A DNA stretch of 32,000 nucleotides from Megasphaera elsdenii DSM 20460 (GTDB taxonomy: Bacteria; Bacillota; Negativicutes; Veillonellales; Megasphaeraceae), in NCBI RefSeq assembly GCF_003010495.1, contig NZ_CP027570.1, positions 1,410,001-1,442,000 of the forward strand, in the 5' to 3' direction. The translations under genes and the position numbers were made by a program. Shown one piece after another: positions 1 through 7,396 of this stretch; positions within the stretch are counted from its first letter, which is position 1, and every line of letters begins with the position of its first letter. The notes beneath the pieces are model-generated. The model searched no databases. It worked only from the letters and a program-made list of their open reading frames with translations, and was not told where the DNA came from.

Positions 1-91
1 ATGTAGGGGACGCCATGTAGGGGACGCCCAGAGGGCGTCCCGCAGTTCGCGTCCCGCAGGCCGCAGTTCGCAGTTCGCAGGGGCGTCCCGC
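1..91. repeat. Short-word repeat and hairpin block: 14-nt direct repeat atgtaggggacgcc x2 (1-28), hairpin gggacgccc-aga-gggcgtccc (21-41), heptamer cgcagtt at 41-47, 62-68, 69-75
   Basis: Read directly from the sequence; the window edge may truncate the block. Confidence 0.7.
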
Positions 92-140
92 GGCTCCCCT
101 GATAGGGGAGCTGGCCGCCGAAGGCGGTCTGAGAGGTTGC
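92..140 (+). repeat. Half-unit of the multi-hairpin repeat family, subfamily B (ggctcccctgataggggag-ctggccgccgaaggcggtc-tgagaggttgc)
   Basis: Two adjacent hairpins (ctcccct/aggggag; gccgcc/ggcggt) followed by the gagaggttgc tail; near-identical copies at 9204-9252 (reverse strand) and 28608-28656. Confidence 0.85.
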
Positions 141-164
141 TCATCCACTACAAACTTAATACTC

Positions 165-201
165 AAAAAGAGGCTGTCGCACATGCGACAGCCTCTTTTT
201 T
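165..201. terminator. Conserved bidirectional rho-independent terminator cassette aaaaagaggctgtcgc-acat-gcgacagcctctttttt, preceded by ctacaaacttaatactc (148-164)
   Basis: Perfect 12-bp GC-rich stem, 4-nt loop, A-run upstream and T-run downstream; same core at 7578-7613, 9014-9047, 28824-28858. Confidence 0.8.
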
Positions 202-320
202 GTAAACTGACCACGTACCCATAGGCGGGCCGCCCAGCCACGGCTGTCCGTTTTGGCAGCCGTCCTGTGCCTCCCGTTGGTCGGCACCTGACGGGCCAAA
301 AAGGCTTGGGACGGCCCCTA

Positions 321-343
321 CGAACCACGAGCCACGAACCACT
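321..343. repeat. Tandem heptamer words gaaccac/gagccac/gaaccac
   Basis: Direct reading; the same ccacgag word is repeated at 9271-9309. Confidence 0.6.
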
Positions 344-413
344 CTTTCTTCTATATACGCGTAAAACGTATAACCAAAGCTATATCAATGATAAAATAGC
401 ATGAGCACTATGC

Positions 414-442
414 TTGACTTTTATAGCTATAACGGCTATACT
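414..442 (+). promoter_or_regulatory. Sigma-70-type promoter candidate for nifJ: TTGACT-17 nt-TATACT
   Basis: -35 at 414-419 and -10 at 437-442 with 17-nt spacing, about 75 nt upstream of the ATG at 519. Confidence 0.55.
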
Positions 443-518
443 AAAAGTACAAAAAGCGTTAAACGTTATACGAGTCCGGATGAATTTACTTGAATCGCAG
501 AAAAGGGGAGTGTCTCTT

Positions 519-3500
519 ATGATTAAACAAATCGTGAAAACCTTAGACGGCAACGAAGCTACGGCTGATGTTGCTTATAACTTTACAGAAGTCGCTACGA
601 TTTATCCGATTACGCCGTCGTCTCCGATGGCAGAACACGTCGACGTCTGGTCGGCGAACGGCCGCAAGAACCTCTTCGGCCAGCCTGTTAAATTAGTTGA
701 AATGCAGTCCGAAGCCGGTGCTATCGGTGCCGTCCATGGCGCATCGGAAACAGGCAGCCTCTGTTCATCCTTTACGGCTTCACAGGGCCTGATGCTGATG
801 ATTCCGGTCATGCACCGCCTGTCGGGCGAATTGAAACCGGTCGTCCTGCACATCGCCGCCCGTACCGTCGGGACTCACACCATGTCCATCTTCGGTGACC
901 ATTCCGACGTCATGGGCTGTCGTAACACGGGCTGGGCTATGCTCTGTAGTGCCAGCGTCCAGGAATGTGCCGACCTGGCAGCCGTTGCCCATCTGTCGAC
1001 CATCAAAGGCCGCGTGCCGTTCATGCACTTCTTTGATGGTTTCCGTACGTCTCACGAAATCCAGAAAATCAAGATGCTGCCGGCTGAAGAACTGGGCAAG
1101 CTCATCGACCGCGATGCCCTTTATCATTTCAAACACACCGGCCTGAACCCGGAACATCCGGTCATGCGCAGTACCGTTACCAACCCGGATATGTTCTTCC
1201 AGTCCCGTGAAGCCAATAACCCCTGGTATCAGCGCCTGCCCTACATTGTCCAGGACTACATGGACCAGATCAGCGAACTGACGGGCCGTCCGTACCACCT
1301 TTTCGATTACTACGGCGTTCCTGACGCAGAACACGTCGTCATCGCCATGGGCTCTGTCACCGGTGCCATCCAGGAAACGATTGACAAGCTCTGCAAAGAA
1401 GGTAAGAAAGTCGGCTTCATCCAGGTTCATCTCTATCGTCCGTTCTCGCTGGAACACTTCATGAAGGCTATGCCTGACACGGTCCGCACGATTACCGTCA
1501 TGGACCGCACGAAGGAACCGGGTGCTTTAGGCGAACCGCTTTACGAAGATGTCTGCGCGGCTATATCCCACGTCAAACAGGATGTCACCGTCCTGGCCTG
1601 CCGTTATGGCTTGTCGTCGAAAGACGTACCGCCGGCATCGATTAACGCCGTCTTCACCAACATGGATTCGCTCCAGCCGAAGAACCACTTCACGCTGGGT
1701 ATCATCGACGACGTTACCCACCATTCCCTGGCCGACGTACCTATCACGGTCGACACGGAAGGGACCATCAGCTGCAAGTTCTGGGGCTTTGGTTCGGACG
1801 GTACGGTTGGCGCCAACAAGAACTCCATCAAGATTATCGGCGACAACACGGATATGTATGTCCAGGCTTACTTTGAATACGATACCAAGAAATCCGGCGG
1901 CGTCACCAAGTCGCACCTGCGCTTTGGCAAGAAGCCGATCCGGGCCACCTATTATATCAAATCGGCGGACTTCCTGGCCTGCCATAAACAGGCCTACATG
2001 GGCACTTACGATATTGTCAGTGAAATCAAGGATGGCGGCATCTTCCTGCTCAACTGCAGCTGGGATAAAGACGACGTCGCCAACCACCTCAGCAATAAAG
2101 TGAAACGCCAGCTCGCCTCCAAGCACGTCCGCTTCTATATCATCAATGCGACTAAGATCGCTGAAGAAATCGGCCTGGGAAGCAATCGCACTAATACAGT
2201 ATTGCAGGCAGCTTTCTTCAAATTGGCTAACATCCTGCCCATCGACGATGCTGTGAAATACATGAAAGACGCCATTGCCAAGACCTATCTGGCAAAAGGT
2301 GAACAAGTCATCGCCATGAACCAGGCTGCTGTCGACCGCGGCATTTCGGATATCGTCGAAGTCACCGTACCGGAAGAATGGAAAGATTTACCGTCCGACC
2401 CGGTCGTCGAAGATACCCGCGATATTCCGGACTTCATCAAGAAAGTCGTCGAACCGGCTAACCTGCAGCTCGGTGATACCATTCCAGTCAGTGAATTTGT
2501 GCCCTATGCCGACGGGTCTTACCCCTTGGGCACGACGAAATATGAAAAACGCGGCATCGCATCGACCGTTCCTGAATGGGACCTGGAAAAATGCGTCCAG
2601 TGTAACCGCTGCTCCTTGGTCTGCCCGCACGCTGCCATCCGTCCGTACTTGGTAACGGCTGATGAAAAAGCAAAAGCTCCGGCTGACTTCAAGACCAAGA
2701 AAGCCATTGGCAAGGGCTTGGAAGATTATGAATTCCGCATCCAGGTTTCGCCGCTCGACTGCTACAGCTGCAGTGCCTGCGTCAATGCCTGCCCGGCTAA
2801 GGCCCTGACGATGAAACCGCTGGAAACGCAGCGTCATGAAAGCGCCGACTGGGATTATGCCCAGACACTCCCTGAAAAACATACGACCCTCGATAAATTC
2901 TCCGTCAAAGGCAGCCAGTTCCATCAGCCGCTCCTCGAATTCAACGGCGCATGTGCAGGTTGTACGGAAACGGCATACATGAAGATCCTGACTCAGCTCT
3001 TCGGGCCGCGCATGATCGTCGCCAACGCTACGGGCTGTACCCAGGCTTGGGGCTCGGCAATGCCCAGTATCCCGTATACGACGAACTGCGAAGGCTTCGG
3101 GCCGGCTTGGTCGAACTCGGTCTTCGAAGATAACGCTGAATTCGCCCTCGGCATGTCCCTGTCCATGGAACAGCAACGCGATGCCATCCGCATCAAATCG
3201 GAAGAACTCATGGACTTGACAGACGGTGCCCTCCACGACGCCATCAAAGCCTGGATCGATTCCATCGGCGTCGCCAACGAAGGCGAAGTCACAGAAGGCA
3301 TCAGCCGGACGTACATCAAAGAATTGATGGCCGCTCACCTCACAGGCCGAGCTGCGGATTTGCAGAAAGAAATCCTGGCTCATAAAGAACACATCATCAA
3401 GAAGACCATCTGGATGTATGGCGGTGACGGCTGGGCTTACGATATCGGCTACGGCGGCCTGGATCACGTCCTGGCTATGAATGCCAACGTCAACATCATG

Positions 3501-4049
3501 CTCGTCGACACGGAAGTTTACTCCAACACAGGCGGTCAGTCGTCGAAAGCTACGCCAATCGGGGCTGTCGCTCAGTTCGCTGCATCGGGCCGCAAGTTCA
3601 ATAAGAAAGACTTGGGCCGTCTGCTCATGACCTATGGCCACATCTACATCGCTCAGGTCGCCCTTGGTGCCGACCCGAACCAGCTCATCAAAGCCATTAA
3701 AGAAGCAGAAGCCTACAATGGTCCGTCTATCATCATCGCTTATGCACCGTGCATCAACCACGGTATCAAAGGCGGCATGGGCAATGCTCAGCACGAAATG
3801 AAACGCGCCGTAGACTGCGGTTACTGGCACCTCTATCGCTATAACCCGCTGCTCAAAGAAGAAGGCAAGAACCCCTTCATCCTCGACTCCAAAGAACCGC
3901 AGCAGTCGTTCCGCGAATACCTCATGGGCGAAACAAGATACGCTGCCTTGACGAGAACCTTCCCGGACATCGCCGAAGAACTCTTTGCCAAAGCTGAAGA
4001 ATTTGCTAAGAAGAAATATGAAACCTATAAGGAATTGGCTGATCAATAA
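519..4049 (+). CDS. nifJ: Pyruvate:ferredoxin (flavodoxin) oxidoreductase, single-polypeptide PFOR
   Basis: Translation has YPITPSSPMAE near the N-terminus, two 4Fe-4S ferredoxin motifs (CVQCNRCSLVCP, CYSCSACVNACP) and the TPP-binding GGDGWAYDIGYGGLDH. Start moved from ORF-track 414 to the ATG at 519, which follows RBS aaggggag. Confidence 0.95.
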   Translation: MIKQIVKTLDGNEATADVAYNFTEVATIYPITPSSPMAEHVDVWSANGRKNLFGQPVKLVEMQSEAGAIGAVHGASETGSLCSSFTASQGLMLMIPVMHRLSGELKPVVLHIAARTVGTHTMSIFGDHSDVMGCRNTGWAMLCSASVQECADLAAVAHLSTIKGRVPFMHFFDGFRTSHEIQKIKMLPAEELGKLIDRDALYHFKHTGLNPEHPVMRSTVTNPDMFFQSREANNPWYQRLPYIVQDYMDQISELTGRPYHLFDYYGVPDAEHVVIAMGSVTGAIQETIDKLCKEGKKVGFIQVHLYRPFSLEHFMKAMPDTVRTITVMDRTKEPGALGEPLYEDVCAAISHVKQDVTVLACRYGLSSKDVPPASINAVFTNMDSLQPKNHFTLGIIDDVTHHSLADVPITVDTEGTISCKFWGFGSDGTVGANKNSIKIIGDNTDMYVQAYFEYDTKKSGGVTKSHLRFGKKPIRATYYIKSADFLACHKQAYMGTYDIVSEIKDGGIFLLNCSWDKDDVANHLSNKVKRQLASKHVRFYIINATKIAEEIGLGSNRTNTVLQAAFFKLANILPIDDAVKYMKDAIAKTYLAKGEQVIAMNQAAVDRGISDIVEVTVPEEWKDLPSDPVVEDTRDIPDFIKKVVEPANLQLGDTIPVSEFVPYADGSYPLGTTKYEKRGIASTVPEWDLEKCVQCNRCSLVCPHAAIRPYLVTADEKAKAPADFKTKKAIGKGLEDYEFRIQVSPLDCYSCSACVNACPAKALTMKPLETQRHESADWDYAQTLPEKHTTLDKFSVKGSQFHQPLLEFNGACAGCTETAYMKILTQLFGPRMIVANATGCTQAWGSAMPSIPYTTNCEGFGPAWSNSVFEDNAEFALGMSLSMEQQRDAIRIKSEELMDLTDGALHDAIKAWIDSIGVANEGEVTEGISRTYIKELMAAHLTGRAADLQKEILAHKEHIIKKTIWMYGGDGWAYDIGYGGLDHVLAMNANVNIMLVDTEVYSNTGGQSSKATPIGAVAQFAASGRKFNKKDLGRLLMTYGHIYIAQVALGADPNQLIKAIKEAEAYNGPSIIIAYAPCINHGIKGGMGNAQHEMKRAVDCGYWHLYRYNPLLKEEGKNPFILDSKEPQQSFREYLMGETRYAALTRTFPDIAEELFAKAEEFAKKKYETYKELADQ

Positions 4050-4087
4050 GTAAAACACGCTAATGCCATATACACACCCGGAAACAG

Positions 4088-4113
4088 GGCTGCCGAAAAG
4101 GCGGCCTTGTTTT
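4088..4113 (+). terminator. Rho-independent terminator candidate after nifJ
   Basis: ggctgcc-gaaaa-ggcggcc stem-loop (one G-U pair) followed by ttgtttt. Confidence 0.55.
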
Positions 4114-4180
4114 CGTATACTCGGATTCAGATGCGGCAAAGCCGCGACAGACTCAAAAGAAGGACATCGTCTCGTGAACC

Positions 4181-4357
4181 AAGCCTCCCCTCATAGGGGA
4201 GGTGGCCGTCAGGCCGGAGAGGTTGCAGTTCACTAATATCTATCGATAATCAAAAAGCAACCTCTCAGTCAGCTGGCGCTGACAGCTCTCCTATGAGGAG
4301 AGCCGTGGGGAAAGCCTCCCCTTATAGGGGAGGTGGCCGTTAGGCCGGAGAGGTTGC
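4181..4357 (+). repeat. Upstream part of the multi-hairpin repeat array: right half-unit (4181-4226), 30-nt spacer (4227-4256), full 101-nt unit (4257-4357)
   Basis: Unit is gcaacctc + hairpin gtcagc/gctgac + hairpin gctctcct/aggagagc + linker + hairpin cctcccct/aggggagg + hairpin ggcc/ggcc + gaggttgc; matches the units at 4765-5125. Confidence 0.9.
4223..4250 (+). promoter_or_regulatory. Weak promoter-like signal in the first repeat spacer: TTGCAG-16 nt-GATAAT
   Basis: Only this spacer reads gataat; the three downstream spacers read gatgat. A transcript from here would carry unit 4257-4357 as the 5' leader of the DUF559 mRNA. Confidence 0.25.
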
Positions 4358-4385
4358 AGTTCAATATATTTTACAAGGAGGTTCT

Positions 4386-4757
4386 ATGAAAACGCTTCCC
4401 TATTCTAAAGAAAATGTATCATTTGCCCGTTCATTAAGGAAAAATATGACCAAAGAAGAACGTCACTTATGGTATGATTTTTTACGGACGTATCCAGTGA
4501 AATTTTATAAACAACGACGAATTGGTAATTATATTGCCGATTTCTATTGCAAAGAAGCAGGGTTCATCATTGAATTAGATGGTGGGCAACACTACGATGA
4601 AGCCGGTATGGAGTCAGATCAAGAACGGACAGCCGTATTAGAATCCTATGGATTGACGGTCATCCGTTTTACCAATTTAGATATCCATAAAAATTTTAGA
4701 GGAGTTTGCCAAACTATTCATCAATACGTCAATGAGCATAAAGGATGTTCCTGGTGA
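4386..4757 (+). CDS. DUF559 domain endonuclease-like protein (Vsr-like PD-(D/E)xK fold, COG2852 type)
   Basis: Translation shows the family hallmarks: ARSLRKNMTKEERHLWYDFLR, FYKQRRIGNYIADFYC, IIELDGGQH, VIRFTNLDI. Strong RBS aaggagg lies 6 nt upstream of the ATG. Confidence 0.85.
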   Translation: MKTLPYSKENVSFARSLRKNMTKEERHLWYDFLRTYPVKFYKQRRIGNYIADFYCKEAGFIIELDGGQHYDEAGMESDQERTAVLESYGLTVIRFTNLDIHKNFRGVCQTIHQYVNEHKGCSW

Positions 4758-4764
4758 TAAAAAA

Positions 4765-5125
4765 GCAACCTCGCAGTCAGCCTGCGCTGACAGCTCTCCT
4801 ATGAGGAGAGCCATGGGGCAAGACTCCCCTTATAGGGGAGGTAGCCGTCAGGCCGGAGAGGTTGCAGTTCACTAATATCTATCGATGATAAAAAGCAACC
4901 TCGCAGTCAGCCTGCGCTGACAGCTCTCCTATGAGGAGAGCCATGGGGCAAGCCTCCCCTCATAGGGGAGGTGGCCGTCAGGCCGGAGAGGTTGCGGTTT
5001 ACCAATATCTATCGATGATAAAAAGCAACCTCGCAGTCAGCTGGCACTGACAGCTCTCCTATGAGGAGAGCCATGGGACAAGTCTCCCCTCATAGGGGAG
5101 GTGGCCGTCAGGCCGGAGAGGTTGT
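4765..5125 (+). repeat. Three tandem 101-nt multi-hairpin units (4765-4865, 4895-4995, 5025-5125) separated by 29-nt spacers; period 130 bp
   Basis: Direct alignment by eye; units differ by only a few substitutions, and spacers read agttcactaatatctatcgatgataaaaa or a close variant. Confidence 0.92.
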
Positions 5126-5179
5126 CTTTCAAATCCTCCATTTTTTATGATACAATAAAAGAAAAAAGCAGGTGATAGT

Positions 5180-5755
5180 GTGAAGAGAATATGGCTCATC
5201 CGTCATGGCGAAAGTATTGCCAATGCCGGCGAAGCGACGCAGGATCATCGCAATATTCCCTTGTCGGAACTAGGCCTCAAGCAGGCCCAGTCGCTGGCCT
5301 TACAGATTCCCCGGCGGCCGGACCTGATTGTCACGTCGCCTTATCTTCGGGCGCAGCAGACGGCGATGTGTACGATCGGGCGGTTTCCCGATACGGTGAC
5401 GGGAATTTGGGATTGCGTCCATGAATTTGTGTATTTAGCACCGGCGACGTGTGTCGGGACGACGTCGCAGCAGCGGCGGCCGCGGGTCATCAATTATTGG
5501 CGCAAACTCGACCCGGATTACATCGACGGCGAAGGTGCCGAAAGCTATCGCCAGCTCATCGGGCGCATCGAACGGACTTTGTCGTTGCTGCAGCGGCGGC
5601 CAGAACAATTCATCCTGGTCTTTACGCACGCCCAGTTTATCCGCAACCTGCTCTTGGTCTACGAAAATCCTGGCAGGCCGGTAGAAGAATACATGGCTGC
5701 TTTTCGCCGCAGCCGCCCGGTCCATAACGGGCAGATTGTGGAAATTACGATGTAA
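5180..5755 (+). CDS. Histidine phosphatase family protein (phosphoglycerate-mutase-like)
   Basis: N-terminal LIRHGES catalytic motif; GTG start preceded by gcaggtga. Confidence 0.75.
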   Translation: MKRIWLIRHGESIANAGEATQDHRNIPLSELGLKQAQSLALQIPRRPDLIVTSPYLRAQQTAMCTIGRFPDTVTGIWDCVHEFVYLAPATCVGTTSQQRRPRVINYWRKLDPDYIDGEGAESYRQLIGRIERTLSLLQRRPEQFILVFTHAQFIRNLLLVYENPGRPVEEYMAAFRRSRPVHNGQIVEITM

Positions 5756-5771
5756 AGGAAGGGGATTTATT

Positions 5772-6044
5772 ATGGAATTACAATACGGACCGAATAAAAT
5801 CTGGATGGAAAATGAAGCGGGAACGGTCGTGGCTGAAGTGGATTTCGTCGAACGAAACGACGGCAATTACGACATCGTCCATACCTTTGTCGACGACAGC
5901 CTGCGCGGACAAGGTGCCGCAGCTAAACTCGTCAAGGCCGCAGCCGACGAAATCCGGCGGCGTCATAAGAAAACGGCTACCAGCTGTTCCTATGCTGACG
6001 CCTGGTTCCGCCGCCATAAAGACGAACAGGATTTACTTGGCTAA
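5772..6044 (+). CDS. Small GNAT-like N-acetyltransferase (YjdJ-type single-domain GNAT)
   Basis: About 90 aa with VDDSLRGQGAAAKLV (acetyl-CoA loop-like) and a C-terminal SCSYA motif; start moved to the ATG at 5772 after RBS aaggaagggga. Confidence 0.6.
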   Translation: MELQYGPNKIWMENEAGTVVAEVDFVERNDGNYDIVHTFVDDSLRGQGAAAKLVKAAADEIRRRHKKTATSCSYADAWFRRHKDEQDLLG

Positions 6045-6076
6045 TCAGGACGAAAATCCACTTGATTTATCTAAAT

Positions 6077-6121
6077 GCGGGCAGGATACTCCGACCTATT
6101 AGGTCGAAGAGGAATGCCCGC
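6077..6121 (+). other. Long imperfect hairpin (gcgggca...tgcccgc enclosing cgacct-att-aggtcg); candidate IS200/IS605 left-end subterminal hairpin, or the terminator of the GNAT gene
   Basis: Nested complementarity read from the sequence; no T-run follows, which argues against a simple terminator. Confidence 0.35.
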
Positions 6122-6216
6122 CTCATCTCACTTTCTTATTAACTAGAATTTCAGCAAAAACCATATTACAATATTTTTGATGAAGTAATATACACTTTAG
6201 AAAGGCAGGTGAGAAT

Positions 6217-7396
6217 ATATCCGACCTAACCAAAACGATAAAACTTCGCATACATGTTACTCCTGAACAGGAAGTATTGCTCCGTCAAATGACGGAACAA
6301 TACCGTCAGGCTTGCAACTTCGTGTCTCAATACATCTTCGACAATCAGTTCGACTTGACTTACCAAAGCCTCAACAAGAAACTGTATAGTGACCTTCGTG
6401 GCTTGTTCGGTTTGAAGTCTCAATTAGCCCAGTCTTCTATCAAGACGACGATTGCCAGATACAAGACAGTAAAACAACAGCTCTTCCAAAATCCTTATAG
6501 ATATAAGGATGAGGATGGCCGCTGGCAACGCATCCCTAAGACTTTGGAATGGCTCTGGAACCCCGTATTCTTTCGCCGGCCGCAGGCTGACTTAGTCCGC
6601 AACCGGGACTACAGCTTCGTTGATGACGGGCAAGTCCTGTCCATCAATACACTCGGAAAAAGAACCAAATGTACCTTCGAAGGCGAACATTTCGCTGGAT
6701 ACCTTAATGTTTCCTATCAACTCGGTACTGCCAAACTGGTCGAACTGAAAGGGAGATGGTATCTGCATATCCCTGTTACCAAGGCGGTCGAAGATTTCCA
6801 GAAGGAGTGCGTCCGCCATGTCGTCGGCATCGACCGTGGACTTCGTTTCCTTGCAGTCAGCTATGACGAACAAGGCAAGACGAAGTTCGTCTCTGGTAAA
6901 AAGATTGCCACCAAACAAATCAGCGAAGCGCAAACTCAAAGCCATTTCTGGGCGAGAGAACCGTTGGATGTCTGATGTGAATCATCAGATTTCTAAGACA
7001 CTCGTACAGAAATACGGCAAGGATACGCTTTTCGTGCTCGAGGACCTTGCTGGCGTCAGCTTCGAGGAAAGCAATCTTTCCAGAACCGCGAAACAGAACT
7101 ACGATTTGCGGAGCTGGAGTTTTTACCAGTTGGAGCAGTTCTTGACATACAAGGCTCACGAGAACCGTTCGGAAGTCCTGAAAGTGTCTGCGAAGTACAC
7201 CTCCCAGCGTTGCCCGAAATGCGGTATTATCCGCAAGGCGAACCGCGACCACCATAAGCACCTGTATAGTTGTCAGTGCGGATACAAATCCAACGACGAC
7301 CGTATTGGAGCTATGAATATCCAGCTTCTCGGGACTATGTGGATTTCTGGGGACACCCATCCTCGATATGAACGAGTAACAACTACCTTGGAGTAA
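6217..7396 (+). pseudogene. tnpB: TnpB / IS200-IS605 OrfB-type RNA-guided nuclease, disrupted (no canonical start for the conserved N-terminus; frame break near 6900-6930)
   Basis: Frame 1 encodes (I)SDLTKTIKLRIHVTPEQ...VVGIDRG (RuvC-I Asp, codon 6832-6834). Frame 2 continues KSAKRKLKAISGRENRWMSDVNHQISK...FVLEDL (RuvC Glu), the CPKCG...CQCG zinc finger and NDDRIGAMNI (RuvC-III Asp). No ATG/GTG/TTG lies in frame between the stop at 6181 and the TTG at 6277; no tnpA is nearby. Confidence 0.8.

Noticed and set aside
414-518. N-terminal extensions offered by the ORF track (nifJ from 414, GNAT from 5736, 10305-10850, asp23 from 16533 and 16849, argR from 23205, dapB from 25407)
   Set aside because: In each case an internal ATG with a proper Shine-Dalgarno sequence gives the canonical family N-terminus. 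The extensions run through promoters, terminators or the upstream gene.
4181-5125. CRISPR array interpretation of the regularly spaced repeats around the DUF559 gene
   Set aside because: The repeat units are 101 nt and internally multi-hairpinned. The 29-30-nt spacers are nearly identical to each other rather than unique, no cas genes are nearby, and one spacer position holds a complete gene. This is a tandem structured repeat, not CRISPR.
6818-6975. Programmed ribosomal frameshift joining the two TnpB ORFs
   Set aside because: Programmed frameshifting is a feature of IS1/IS3-type transposases, not of TnpB. No convincing slippery heptamer plus downstream structure is seen. About 15 residues normally present at this point appear to be missing, and the gene also lacks a canonical start. 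Decay is the simpler explanation.
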